Assembly: GCA_964016885.1 (NCBI GenBank)
Contig: OZ024741.1
Span: forward strand, 268,026,001-268,090,000
DNA: 64,000 nt
Source of the DNA: Eledone cirrhosa
Taxonomy: Eukaryota
Direction: 5' to 3'
A program made the position numbers and the translations under genes. Shown here piece after piece: positions 22,439-35,322 of this stretch (position 1 is the first letter of the stretch; the number at the start of each line of letters is the position of its first letter). The notes beneath the pieces were generated by a model that saw only the letters and a program-made list of their open reading frames with translations, had not been told where the DNA came from and searched no databases.

Positions 22439-23377
22439 TCTATATATATAAAACTGAGGATGTCTGTCTGTGTGTGTGTGAGTTTGAATCACTAAAACTA
22501 GAGAAGCACCCAAACGACTGTTTTCAAACTTTACACATGTAATACTTATGTTTCAGGGAGTGTTCTGAGCAAAAACAATTTCAAATTTTCAATGCCCTAG
22601 GGACCGCATTAGGCGATTTAGTGATCTCTCTCTATAATTCTTAGTCTTTCTCTTTTTAGATAGATATATACATATAACGTCGCGCCCTTATAATATCTGT
22701 CTGTATGTCTGACTGTCTGAATTACGTCACTTCTCTGAGGTTGTCTGTCTGTCTGTCTGTGTGTGTGTGTGTCTATGAGTTTGAATCCCTAAAACTCTAG
22801 AAGTACCCAACCGACTTTTTTCAAACTTTACATGTGTATTACTTATGTTTCAGGGAGTGTTTGATCTACATTAAAAAATTCAACTTTTGATCCCCTAGGG
22901 CCTCATTAGGTGAAAAACTGCGTTTTTTTTTCAGGTTTTTAGGGTTTTTTTGAGGCGTTACGTCAGATCGATTTCCTTGAAATTGTAACTATGTATTAGT
23001 CAGTCTCTTCTTCATACCGTGAGCAAAGAAAATCCAACTTTTTTATGGCCTAGGGCCCGCAGTAGGTGAAAAACTTCATTTTTTCAGCTTTTTAGGGCTT
23101 TTTGGGGCGTTACGTCTAGCCGATTTTCCCAAAATTTCAAGGCATATTAAGCACATAAAAAAAATTCATTTTCTTGATCCCCTAGTGCCCGCGTTAGGTG
23201 AAAACCTGCATTTTTCCTGGTTTATCGAGTAAAATCTTAAAGATTATCCAGCCATCAGTGTATTCAGTTTATTTTCTTTACATATTGTCTGGGCATGCAG
23301 TTTTTCCACGATTAGGTCTGTTGGTGGCCCACGTTCCAAAATACCTTATCCCGTGCAACGCCGGGTACCACTGCTAG
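22439..23377 (+). mobile_element. Non-autonomous Helitron 2 with internal duplications
   Basis: TC-tatatatataaaa start; 3' cccgtgcaacgccggg hairpin then CTAG|T; 22460-22615 repeated at about 22755-22912. Confidence 0.8.
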
Positions 23378-24254
23378 TTGTATATAAAAATATTTATGTT
23401 TAATCAACAGCTACAAAATTTAGTACATAGATTATGTAATATTCATTCATTGGGGTCGATAAAATAAAGTACCAGTAATGCACTGGGTAATTGCTGGTCT
23501 TGTGCCTAAAGTAGAAACAATTATTTATTCAAAGTAATCCAACTGGATAAAAAAACATATTCAGGACACAGTCCCGCACTCCTCCCTTTATTATATTATG
23601 ATGTCCACTAAATTATATTGACTTTGATCTACATATGTATTTATCTATCTATCTATCTCTCTATATCAGGCTGTAGGTTGAGGAAAAAGTGGAAGAGAGG
23701 AAGGGGGTACTCACTCCTCGTACTCCTGGAGATGAGGGTTGCACATTTTTTCGGGGGTATGTGTTACCCATATGTAATGTTTCCCCCTATTGAGGAAAAT
23801 GGATTAATTTTTAAATTGCATTTGTGATAGTATTTTACACATTTTTATTGCATGTAAACTTCCCCCTTTGTATTTGTCCCCTTCTTTTGTACTCCTGTGA
23901 CTAATAAAGAAACATATCTATCTTTGGATTGCTATTAGGATTTGTGCTTTCTTTTTTCTTCTTGTCCAAAGATAGATACATTGGTAAATATAACTAATAG
24001 CTATAAACACATAGGTAAGCAGACAGGTTGACAGACAGATAGATAGATAAATAGATACTATTCTACCACTGACCACTTCCCAAACAAATTTAGTACAAAG
24101 TGGTTACTACATGATCAAGTGGTTTATTATTATGATATATATATACACGACCTAATTTTCCCATTTGACAAAGTTAAATTGCTTTGCTCACAACCAACAT
24201 AGAAATATATCATTTGTTATGAGCCAATTAAAACAACACCTTATTCATTTACTT

Positions 24255-25592
24255 ACTCCTACATGTTTTGAGCTAGTGTTGGACTCAAACTGGTCCCAAG
24301 TAGTCACCTCCCCAACAAGAGGTGACAACACTTTGAATCTACTCTTTACCCACTACTCCTGAAACGGTTATTAGTGTTACTACTGAGGAACCTTTAGGTG
24401 ACTGATCATGCTATGATAATTGCCAATTTGTCTCTTATGGGCAGTAGCAAAAACTACAACCATCACCAAACTGCTCGCTTTGACTGGAATAAAGCAGACT
24501 GGAACTCTTAATGCACCGAGCTACAACGGCCAAACTGGCTTGAATTTTACGGCTCTGGAGATGTCAACACTATACTTCAGAACATCCTGAACTCAATATT
24601 GACAGCATGTACAGCATCAGTGGTGCCATGTAAGCAGAAAAAACATCCCAAAAGTGCAATTTGCGAGACTGCAGCGGTTCGAATTGCCAGGAAAGAACGT
24701 CGTAATGCTGAACGGGAATACAAACTCTATAAATCAGATATCAATAGAAAAAAAGTGCAATAAATTATCCAACCATCTCAGCAGGTGACAAAAAAGGCAG
24801 TGCTTGAATTTGAACAGCACAGAGCAACCAACCCTGACAGTAAGGTGTTCTGGAAATATGTACATTCAAAGCACAGACCTTTATTACTGTCAGCAGCAGT
24901 TGGCATTGGACAACGCACATCTCTAAAAGTGTCAAGAAGGCCGAGGGTGTCTTGGCATCACTCAGCAAGACTTTTATCAGCCACTCTCCAGCTATCTATT
25001 TAAAGCTGTATATAGCTATGGTGCTGCCACACTTAGAATTTGCATCACAGTCTGGAACCCCTATCTTGCTCAGAACATTGACTGCCTGGAAACTGTTCAG
25101 AGACGTGCAACCAAGCGAATACCCTCCATCAGGCATCTACCATACTCTGAACGCCTTGCTTCCCTTAGCATGGATACATTGAAGGTCCGACGTCTTGCAA
25201 CTGACTTGGTAAACACCCACAAAATTATTAACCATCTTGCCAACAACAACCCTGAGCACCTTTTTGAATTCCATGTGTCTAACACACATGGCCATGCTTA
25301 CAAAATCAGAAAACAGCACAGCTCCCATGACTTTCGAGAACATTTTTTTCACGCTCAGAGTTGCTGAAGCATGGAACAAACTACCTGCATCAGTTGTTAG
25401 CTGCCAAGACACTGCATCCTTTAAAACTGCCATGCATCCTGAAATTCGCCAACACTACACCTGATATCCCCCACTCCATACTCACACACACATGTATATC
25501 ATGACGCATACACTGTTCACTTTCCTAAGATTTGTACATTATTCTATGCACCTTTGATGAGTTGTAGTGCACCTGAGCAATGTACTCAATAA

Positions 25593-25628
<36 letters not shown>
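24255..25628 (+). mobile_element. CR1-like LINE, internally deleted and decayed, with (TTA)n tail
   Basis: QVVTSPTRGDNTLNLLFT, DHAMI, FDWNKADW, KVFWKY, then LYIAMVLPHLEFAS, LETVQRRATKRIP, TLKVRRLATDL, THGHAYKI, FFTLRVAEAWNKLP. The RT core is missing. Confidence 0.85.
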
Positions 25629-25630
<2 letters not shown>

Positions 25631-26109
25631 TCTTACAGAATAGAAATAAATGTTACTCTCCCACTTAGCCTCATACTTCTTCCAGTTATCCCATCTACCA
25701 GTTTAGTATATATCTTTTATTAATCCTCTCCTTTTAGTTTGTTTATGTATTTTTGATTGCTGCCATTTTTGACCAGCTGACAACACTTCTTTACCCAGTT
25801 TTCATTATCTTTTCTCAGTCACACAATTACACTACTTCAGTGTTCTCTTGCCAGCGACACCTGATGTCGTCATTCCCAATTGCTGCCTGATTCACATATT
25901 CTTCACTTCTCTTACTAGCTTTCAAATGTTCACATCCCGGTGTGTGTTAAGAGACAATCTTATTTGTTTCTTTATCTATTTTTTTGTTTTTCTTTTTAAT
26001 AACAAACTGTCTTTAAAAACCTAGGAAATCTAAAATGAATAATATGTGTGTGAGTGTGTTTTTGTTTATGTGTGAACGAAGATGTGTATGTAAATTGTAT
26101 TCATATATT

Positions 26110-26346
26110 TCTAATGAAATACAACTATTTTAATTAATTAATGAAGAATTTTGAGGGATTTACTAAAATTATTAATTATTTCATTACTAAAATAGTAACT
26201 TAATATAAGGTTCTTATATAAAATTATGTTGGAAGATTTTTAATTTAAATTGGAAAACTTTAAAATGGGTGGTTATATTTCATAGAATCAGAGCTGGTTT
26301 TGGCCAGGTTAGTAACTAAAGGGTTAAGGCACACATTTCATTTCAT
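26110..26346. mobile_element. Partial piggyBac-type MITE family 2; fuller copy at 55198-55654 with a CR1 tail insert (55255-55350, minus)
   Basis: Shared body and ...aaagggttaa end; 55198 starts ttaaccctttt. Confidence 0.7.
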
Positions 26347-26766
26347 TTTTAAGTTTAATAAATACCTATTACATTCAGAATATAAGTACTATTGTTGTCT
26401 GCTAAAAGAAAGTTAACAAAAATTTGAGAAACTCATTCAAACTTTATAAAATGGATGAAATAGTAAATCCACATTTTGCAATGGAGTTGTGAAACTAAAA
26501 CTAAACACTAAACAACACTTAAAAACCATACCGATATCAAAATATTAAAACTTCATAAAAATATTCTCTACCTGTGGGAATTTACAAAACAGTGCCTAAA
26601 TATAATGTGTTGATTAGCAGCTTCAGCTTTTACACAGGGTTTGGATTTTTACCAATTTCTCAGACATAATATAGTGGGTTGGTTTTTTATTTGGATCAGT
26701 TTATAGAGTCAATATTTTTGTCATTACTTTGAATATATTAATTGTATTTGCTTGCAAAGGCATTTG

Positions 26767-26953
26767 ACAAAGAGATAGACCACGAAAAACATGGGCGGAG
26801 GTGGTGAGAACAGACCTCAGATCATTGAAGCTCACGGTGGAGATGACGAGGGACCGTGACGAGTGGAGAGATGCTGTGCTGAATAAGACCCGTCCCACCC
26901 TTGCAAGCAGGGAAAAGCGGACGTAAAATGATGATGATGATGATGATGATGAT
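26767..26953 (+). mobile_element. RTE LINE (second family) 3' end
   Basis: RPRKTWAEVVRTDLRSLKLTVEMTRDRDEWRDAVLNKTRPTLASREKRT* then (ATG)n. Confidence 0.85.
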
Positions 26954-27563
26954 ACACTGGTCATTTATGTGTTTAGTATTTGCTAACAAAAGAATATGTA
27001 AATGGTGGTCAATTGGTGGTATTGTATAATCCTGTAACTCTTGATAGAGTTATAGAGGCGCTATAGTGGCATACAGTGATTCTTGAGCATTTTAAGCCTT
27101 GCAGAGCCCATCGCTCTCCAGGTCTGGACACAGCAAATTTCTTCCAGAGAAGAATAGAAAATAAGAGAAATGAAGTGATAAAGAGATATAGAGGAAGATT
27201 TGACCCCTGATCTAGACTCATATTTTTGTATCGGCCTTGAAAGGATGAAAGGCAAAGTTGACCGCGACAGGATTTGAACTTAGAGAGCAGAGAGCCAAAA
27301 TGAATATCGCAAAGCATTCTATCTGACATTTTAACAAATCTGCCAATATTAGTTAAGTGTATAACAACAGTTACAGGCAGCATGCCATTCGAAGCAACAC
27401 TTACTTTGACTCTTTTAAATAAATAAATAAATAAATATATATATACACACACACACACACATATATGAAATGGCTGACTGAACACATGCTTTTTCTCCAA
27501 AACTTTCTTTCCTCGTTCTTCTCACTCACTATCTTTCAATTTCATCTTTTGTTTCTCATTCTA

Positions 27564-27599
27564 TCTTCTGATGAAGGACTAGTGTCTGACACATAAAGA
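27564..27599 (+). ncRNA. Degenerate minimal hammerhead in a pLTR-like segment (27500-27683)
   Basis: TCTT-CTGATGA-a GGAC tagt GTCT-GACA(for GAAA)-CATA-AAGA; downstream sequence matches 61591-61687 (minus). Confidence 0.55.
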
Positions 27600-28232
27600 C
27601 TCCTTTCCTACTATATCAAGCGTTAAACTAATATATTTCTTCATTGTACTGTGTTGTTTCCTTTGTTGTTTCCATTTACTTTTCACACACACACACAAAC
27701 ATATACATTTATTGTTCTGACTTCTAATTTTGGTTAATATATTCATATATAGAATCTTCATTATAAATATTAACCAGAAATATAACATTGTATAATAATA
27801 ATTTGGGGAAAGCAAACCACGTTATATCTTGTATGTGATATATCCATTGACCAAAGGTTGCAGTTTATCCATTATATTTTGTATACAATTCCGTCTTTAA
27901 ATGTGTATACATTTGTAAAAGAAGTGTATAACCTGTAAATACTCTAATTGATTTTACCGACTATATGTATCTGTAAATATTTTATATAGACCTTTTGAAT
28001 CTATGAATACTCTGTGTGTATATATGTACATATATGTGTGTGTGTGTCTGCATAGGATACATTGTTACTTGCTTTCTCAAACTCTTAACAAAATACCATC
28101 AGTTATCTATGTTGCTGAGAAAAAATGTATCATAACAAACCATCACCCACCCAGGCTCCTGGTTAACACCCGGTGGGATGTTTGTGAATGTACAAATATC
28201 CAAGGATGATGATGATGATAAGAATAATAATA

Positions 28233-28416
28233 ATTGTTTCTACTTTTGGCACAAGGCCAGCAATTACCCAATACATTACTGGTACTTTATTTTATCGACT
28301 CCGTAAAGATGAAAGGCAAAGTTAACCCCGGCGAGATTTGAACTCAGAAAGTAAAGGGCCATAACTCTATGCTGTAAAGCATGTTGTCTGATGTTCTACC
28401 GATACTGCCAATCCAC
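28233..28416 (-). mobile_element. SINE family A; further minus copies at 34736-34916, 57666-57850, 60238-60377, 61017-61196
   Basis: Reverse complement of the 14353-14540 consensus. TSDs visible at 34724/34917 (12 bp) and 60219/60378 (19 bp). Confidence 0.85.
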
Positions 28417-28789
28417 ATGAATAATATAGCATCGGTATAACATCTGCCAGAGCAAAAGCGTTACAAATGATAATAATAATATCTATGAAATAATTCTGCT
28501 TTAACTCGCTTCAGAATATTAAATAAATATAATTAAACTCTGTCTGAACCTTGACTGAACTTATGCTCCCTTATCACATATCATATATATATATATTCTT
28601 GAGACCATATTGAAAATGATATGGTTAAATTTCTTGCCCCCTTTTCACAAAATCAATTACCAATATAAGAATTACTATCGTATTTTACATGTATGATTGG
28701 ATTTATTTATTTATTCATTTATTTTCTCTAATTGAAGTTCTCATTTGAGATCAGGTTATTCAGAATTATTAAAGAGTTGGACAAAATAT

Positions 28790-30325
28790 ATCAACTTTCC
28801 CCTTGCCCCAAACTGTTGGCCTTGTGCCAATGTTAGAAAAAAATGATTATTATTATTACGTGGCATATAGGTATGTCCCTTTACATTCTGAGTTCAATTC
28901 CCGCCGAGGTTAGCATTGTCTTTCATCCTTACAAGGGTTGATAAAATAAAGTACCAATAATGCATTGGAGTTGATTTAATCGACTGTCTCCTCCCCCAAA
29001 ATTGTTGACCCGGTGCCTAAATCAGAAACCATTATTACATTATCCTTACGGGGGGTCGATAAAATAAAGTAGCACTAATGTACTGTGTAATTGGTGGCCT
29101 TGTGCCAAAACTAGAAACCATTATTACATTAAATATTATTGTTATTGGCAGAATTGTTAGAGCATCAGATAAGATGCCTTGTACGATCTGAGTTCAAATC
29201 CCGCCGAGGTTGACTTTGCCTTTCATCCTTACGGGGTCGATAAAATAAAGTACCAGTAATGCACTGGGTAATTGCTGGCCTTGTGCCTAAAGTAGAAACA
29301 ATTATTACATTAAATATTATTGTTATTGGCAGAATTGTTAGAGCATCAGATAAGATGCCTTGTGGTATTTTTGTTACAGCTCTTTACTTTCTAAGTTAGA
29401 ATTTAGCTTCTGGTGGGGATGATAAAATAGAGTTCCATTTAAGTACTGGAGTCTATGTGATTGACTTTCCCCCTCTCCTAAATTGATGGCCTTGTGCCAA
29501 TGTTCTCAAAATGTTGATTTGACATTATCACTCATATGAGGTTGTAATTATCAGGTTGAGCCACTCCCAGTGTTTTATCAGGATTACATCAATAGGTGGA
29601 TCATCAACCAAGACTCAGAGAAACTCCACCTTGCCTCATCTAAAGAGGCTATTCCATGCCAGATCTCAACTTGGTACTTTATAATATCACAGTATTATTA
29701 TTATTATTTATTTGGCAATGGATTGGCAGAATTGTTTAAGCATCAGACAAAATGCCTTGTGGTATTTGTTTTGACTCTTTACATTCTGTAGTCAAACCCT
29801 CCCAACCTTCCGGGCTTGATAAAATAAAGTTCCCCAGTCAATATAATTGACTGATCTCCACCACAAATGTCTGGCCTTGTGCTTATGATAGAAATTGTTA
29901 TAGAGCAGTAGATTGGCTGGATGGTTAGAATGTGGGACTAAATACCAAATGGTGTTTAGTTACAGCACATTGTTTTCAGTTCAAATCTCACTGATGTCAA
30001 CTCTGCCTCTCATTCTTCCTCGATTGATAAAATAAAGTACCAGTCAAGTACTGGGGTTGACTTAATTGACTTTTCTTTCCTCACTACTGCTTTCACACCC
30101 CCCATACCCCTGGGGGAGTCAATAAAATAAAGTACCAATCAAGTACTAGAGTTGACTTAATTGACTTTTCTTTCCTCACTACTGCTTTCACACCCCCCAT
30201 ACCCCTGGGGGAGTCAATAAAATAAAGTATCACTGTGGTAAACTTTCATCCTAGTACTGGGTTAATTTAATCAGCTTTCCCCTCCCCCAAGTTGCTGGTC
30301 TTGTGTCTAAATTACAAACTGTTAA
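28790..30325 (+). mobile_element. Stack of same-orientation SINE family A copies of different ages, including a ~93-bp tandem duplication (30027-30228)
   Basis: Repeated gataaaataaagtacca and ggccttgtgcc..agaaac segments. Confidence 0.75.
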
Positions 30326-32599
30326 TATTATTTCTGTTTTTACTCAGCAGTGTGTTTGAGTTTACAGAGAAGAAAAATATCCCCATACTAAACTGGAGGA
30401 TAATTATTATATTGCTGAGATATACCTTTGTTGAGGTAACCCTTATTTCCTGATTGTTTGATCAATGAGAAATTGTGAAACTGAAGGTAGCTACAGAAGG
30501 TTGAGATTCGTAGATGTGGTCAAGAATATATGTATAAGTGTATGATGAGTGCTCTGTCTTGGATATTTTTATAAGTACTCTGGTAATGGGCTTATTTGCT
30601 CTGGGGTGCATTCAACTATAAAATTTGTTTAGCATATTAACAGTGAAAATTTCTATTACACTGAACTTGAAAGTGGAATTTAACTGCATATCAGTCCATA
30701 AGTAGAAGCTTCTATGGCACTGAAGAAGCTGCTACTTCAATGTATGTCATAAGATATACTTGTTAATGATGTTTTTGTTTATCCCCAAGTCAGCTTTGAG
30801 TGAGCAGACCTATGATCAAAAGCATTTTGCCTATGACCATCGTGTCTTTTCTTAAGAATAGTATTTCTGAGACTACATCATCAAATGTGCTCTTCCTTTT
30901 TTTTAAGCTGGAAGGGTGTAGTTTGAGGGATATTTGGCTGCTATTTCTAGCTGTCTTAATGATCAGATGAATAAGGTTTTGGCATTGGCACATATGCCTT
31001 TGACCCAAGGTCTGCTCAGTCAAGGTTGAGCTGGGGCTAAACAACAACAGTAACTTATCCTCATCACATATCCTAATCTTTCATCTAACCTTCATACCAT
31101 ACATACTGTAGGTCCCACCTAACTCTAATACATGGACACATTGTGTAGATTCCATTCTGTCGTTCACTTTTTGTAACTTATTTATTTCATGAGGATAGAA
31201 TTTATAGAAATTCTATCTTTTGGCAACTAATAGTCACCAGAATTGACATAGATTTATATGGTAATTTGTAAAACAATCTCTCTTTTATAGAAGTCAACCT
31301 GTTGCATGTAGTATACAGTTACTGAAAGTAGTAACTTTATAATTTGCCAGTAATGAATTATTTGATGTTTTTCATGGATAAAATTTACTTTTAAAACCAG
31401 TGTTCTGTAAATCCATTGCAACATAGGCACCATGGAAGAAAAAAAATTATCATCACATAATTATTTAGGGGATGTGTTATAGAAATAGGTAACAAATTGG
31501 TAGAGTTGTTAGAATGTCAGATAAAATGCTTTGCAGTATTTATTCTAACTCCTTCAATTCAAATCATGCTAAGGTCAACATTACCTTTCATCTTTTCGAG
31601 GTCATTAAAGAAAGTACCAATCCAGTACTGGGTTTGATTCTTCCTCTGTTTCTTTTCCATTTCTTCTCTCTTACACTCTCCTTTTCTGGAAGAAATCAGT
31701 TGTGTTCAAACCAGGTGAGGGTATGGGCTCCACCAGGTTTAAAGTGCCCAAGATATGTTAAAAAGCCAAAACAAAAGCCACAGATGCTGATGATGAGAAT
31801 AAAGATGGATTTCTCATATTGACCATGTCTAAACATCTGTAGGAGAAGATTATAGTGGGTTAAATCAACCTCAGTGTATGACTAGTAATTCTGGCACTCT
31901 GGACAGTTGAGATGAAAGTTGATTCTATCAGAATTTGAACTCAGAACATAGAGGGACATCAAGAAAGTAATGAGACATGCTAATATGCTGAACTGCAAAC
32001 TCATCTAACCCATGTCATCTTGAAAAACAATTGCTAAAATATTCATGAGGGTAATAGTAAGAATGAATTCTAACATTGCAGAAAAAGGCCCCAAATTCTG
32101 ATGTAAAGAACAATTGATTAAATCCTCCAAGTACTTGACTGATATTAATTTTATCATCCTCCTGCCTCCTCCGAAGAACAAAACACACATTTCAATATGG
32201 CTGGATTTGAACTTAAAATATCAAAGCCTTTTGTCTGTCGTGCTACTGATTCAGCCATCTCCCCACCCAATGATGATGATAATAATGATACTACACTGAA
32301 AAAATATTTTCCCATGTTTCCTTATTTTTAGACAAAGATATTTAACTGAGGGATTAAGTCTAAGGGCGTCTTGTTGGTGATTCATAATGATTATATGTAG
32401 TTTACAGTTTATTGTATCAAATATTCAAATCAGTGGTATTTATCATATCAGCTTACAAATTACAAATATATTGCTTTAGAAGATTTACAAAAATAATGTT
32501 ATATGATTTTATAACAGATGAGGCATAAACACTTAGTCACATTCTACATAAAGCTTTCCTTATTTAAACATATTATTTTAATTGTGAATAGCCTCATTA

Positions 32600-32631
<32 letters not shown>

Positions 32632-35084
32632 AAATATATATATATACACACACACATACATATGTACATAGATTCATATACACACATACATACAAACATA
32701 TGCGCACACATACTAGAGATTTAATTGAAATACGTTACATCAAAATATGTCTTGAATATGTCCAGAATATACTTGGAAATTTTCTGATGATTAGGGCAAC
32801 TGTAATATTAGGTTCTTATAGGAATATCTGAAGATTGATATTCTCAAAGATAAGAATTTGGCTAATCTGATAGTATAAGTACAGAAATATTTTCTAGTCA
32901 TTTATTACTAATTCCATCATTCATATATATATATATGATGGAATTAGTAATAAAAAATACACATATACGCACAGAGTATTTTATATTTTCATAATTGGTT
33001 GTTTATTTTTACTGCAATATATATATATATATATGTACAAGCTAATTTATTTGCAATTTGTTTCATGTTATTAAGTCATTATATGAATCTAATTTCTGTC
33101 TATCTATCTTGCTAGATAATGATATGCACCATTTTTTTCACCAACAAGCCCATTGCCAGGCTTTTGTGCTTGGTGGGACTTAAGAACAAAGACCATATTT
33201 CAGGGGTTTATTTTTTAACATAGTCCCTGAAAAGAAACAATGCAGTTATTAATAAAAAGAGTTTAAATGAATGCATGCAAGATTTCACAGCTCTAGCATC
33301 AATCCTTCATAGTCACCTTATAAACTTTTCTGCCTTGTATGTTTAGAATCTTTACAGCCTTGTTATTGTGGTCAAACAATTTTTTTTCAACATTTTTTTC
33401 TTTTTTACTGTTTAGTTAGTCAAGGAGGAAAAGGCTGTATTCACGAGCCTTTACTTTTTAGGAGCTTGGAAGAAGGAAGCTATCCCCAAATCAGGGACCT
33501 GGCCCAAATGCTTACAACAGGGTTAAACTGAATGATGAAGCTAGTTTTGAATGGAGTTAATGTGGATTTCTTTTCACTTTATCCATAGCCAATGTTTGTA
33601 GATTCATTATATCTGAAAAAAGATTTGATGGTCCAGGCTGGAATGCTTTTGAATATAGGTCTGCTTGATTAGAAATGACCTTGGGCTAAACAACAACAAA
33701 AACAGCCATGAAAAGATGTAGTTTAAAAATGTAGTTTATTTAAACAATCCCTGTATATCATCACTGTCATCATCCGTTTTCCCTTTTGGCAAGGGTTGGA
33801 TGGGTCATCACAGACCGAATCAGTACTCAAGTGGAGGGAGCTACTAACCTTTCAGATGGGCTGGGTATCTGCATCTCACTACATTACATCTGCAAATGAT
33901 GCCTTGGTCTGGCTTGCCATTTTTGGCCTGCCTCTCTAGCTACTGTGTACATGTCATACGACAGGAAAAAGCTACATTACATTTCTGCACTCTACTGAAT
34001 ACTCAGACAGACTGGGTAGCCCATATCTCATTTGCATATATTCTCGAGATTGTTATATCTATGATACAGCTGGATACCCTTCCTATCCCCAACCACTTTA
34101 CAGAGTGTACTCAGTGTGTTTCTCATATTGATCACCATGAAAAGTAAAGTTCAACTAAAGCACTAGTCTTTGGAGTGGATTAACACAGTTGTTAGAGCAT
34201 CAGATGAGATGCCTTGCTGTGTATTTTCTAGATCTCTGTGTACTTAGTCCTTCGGTGGACAGGTGGTAGACTTGATTCATTGCATAGTCTAATACTACCA
34301 CCTGATCTGTGGATGGCTTTAGTAGAGTTCATTCTGTTGTAAGCACTTGGGACAAGTCCCCAGTTTGAGGATAACTTCCCCACTTCCTCAGATTCTGAAA
34401 ACATAAAGTATCAGAGATGCTGGCCATCCCTTGCTGACAAAGCCAATAAAAAAAATCTTAATACTATGAATGAGATTTTTAACTAAGTTACTGAACTTAA
34501 TTTCAGTAAATTACAGCAAATTTACTGAACTAAATTGCTGTAAACTATCTCCTTCAATGCTCTACTGTCTAATCTATCCTAACTTCCATGTTTTTTTTCT
34601 CATAATTGATATTACCCCCAGCCCATCTGAGAGGTCAGCAGCTATTCTAGTGATCTGACACAGTCTGTGAAGACACTTCCAGCTCTTGCTAGCAGGGAAG
34701 ATGGATGTTAAATGGTGATGATGATGGATGATAATTGTTTCTACTTTTGGCACAAGGCCAGCAATTACCCAGTGTATTACTGGTACTTTATTTTATCGAC
34801 CCCGTAAGGATGAAAGGCAAAGTTAACCTCGGCGGGATTTGAACTCAGAGTGGCAAGGGCCGTAACTCTATGCGTCAAAGCATGGCGTCCGACCCTCTAC
34901 CGATACTGCCAATCCAATGGATGATAATGATAGTTCATTCCTCAGCTGAAATAAATATCTTTTAGAAAATTCTAAGTTTTAGAATTATTCTTTAAAGATT
35001 TAAGAATTTTAAATATTTCTACCTTTTTTAACCTGTTATGTTTTGCGTCACTTTTCTTATATAAGCATTACTTCTTATATCAGT

Positions 35085-35322
35085 TGTTAGCTGTCGGAAC
35101 ACTGCACCCTTCAAAATTTCCATGCTTCCTGAAATTCGCCAACATTACACCTGATATTCCCCCTCCATACACACACATGCATGTATGTGTGTATATCATG
35201 ACTCATACACTGTTCACTTTCCTGACATTTGTACATTATTCTATGTACTATACATGCACCTTTGATGAGTTGTAGTGCACCTGAGCCCTGAACACAAACA
35301 TTTTCATTGTTATTATTTATAT
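35085..35322 (+). mobile_element. CR1-like LINE 3' end
   Basis: Matches 25390-25600. Confidence 0.8.
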
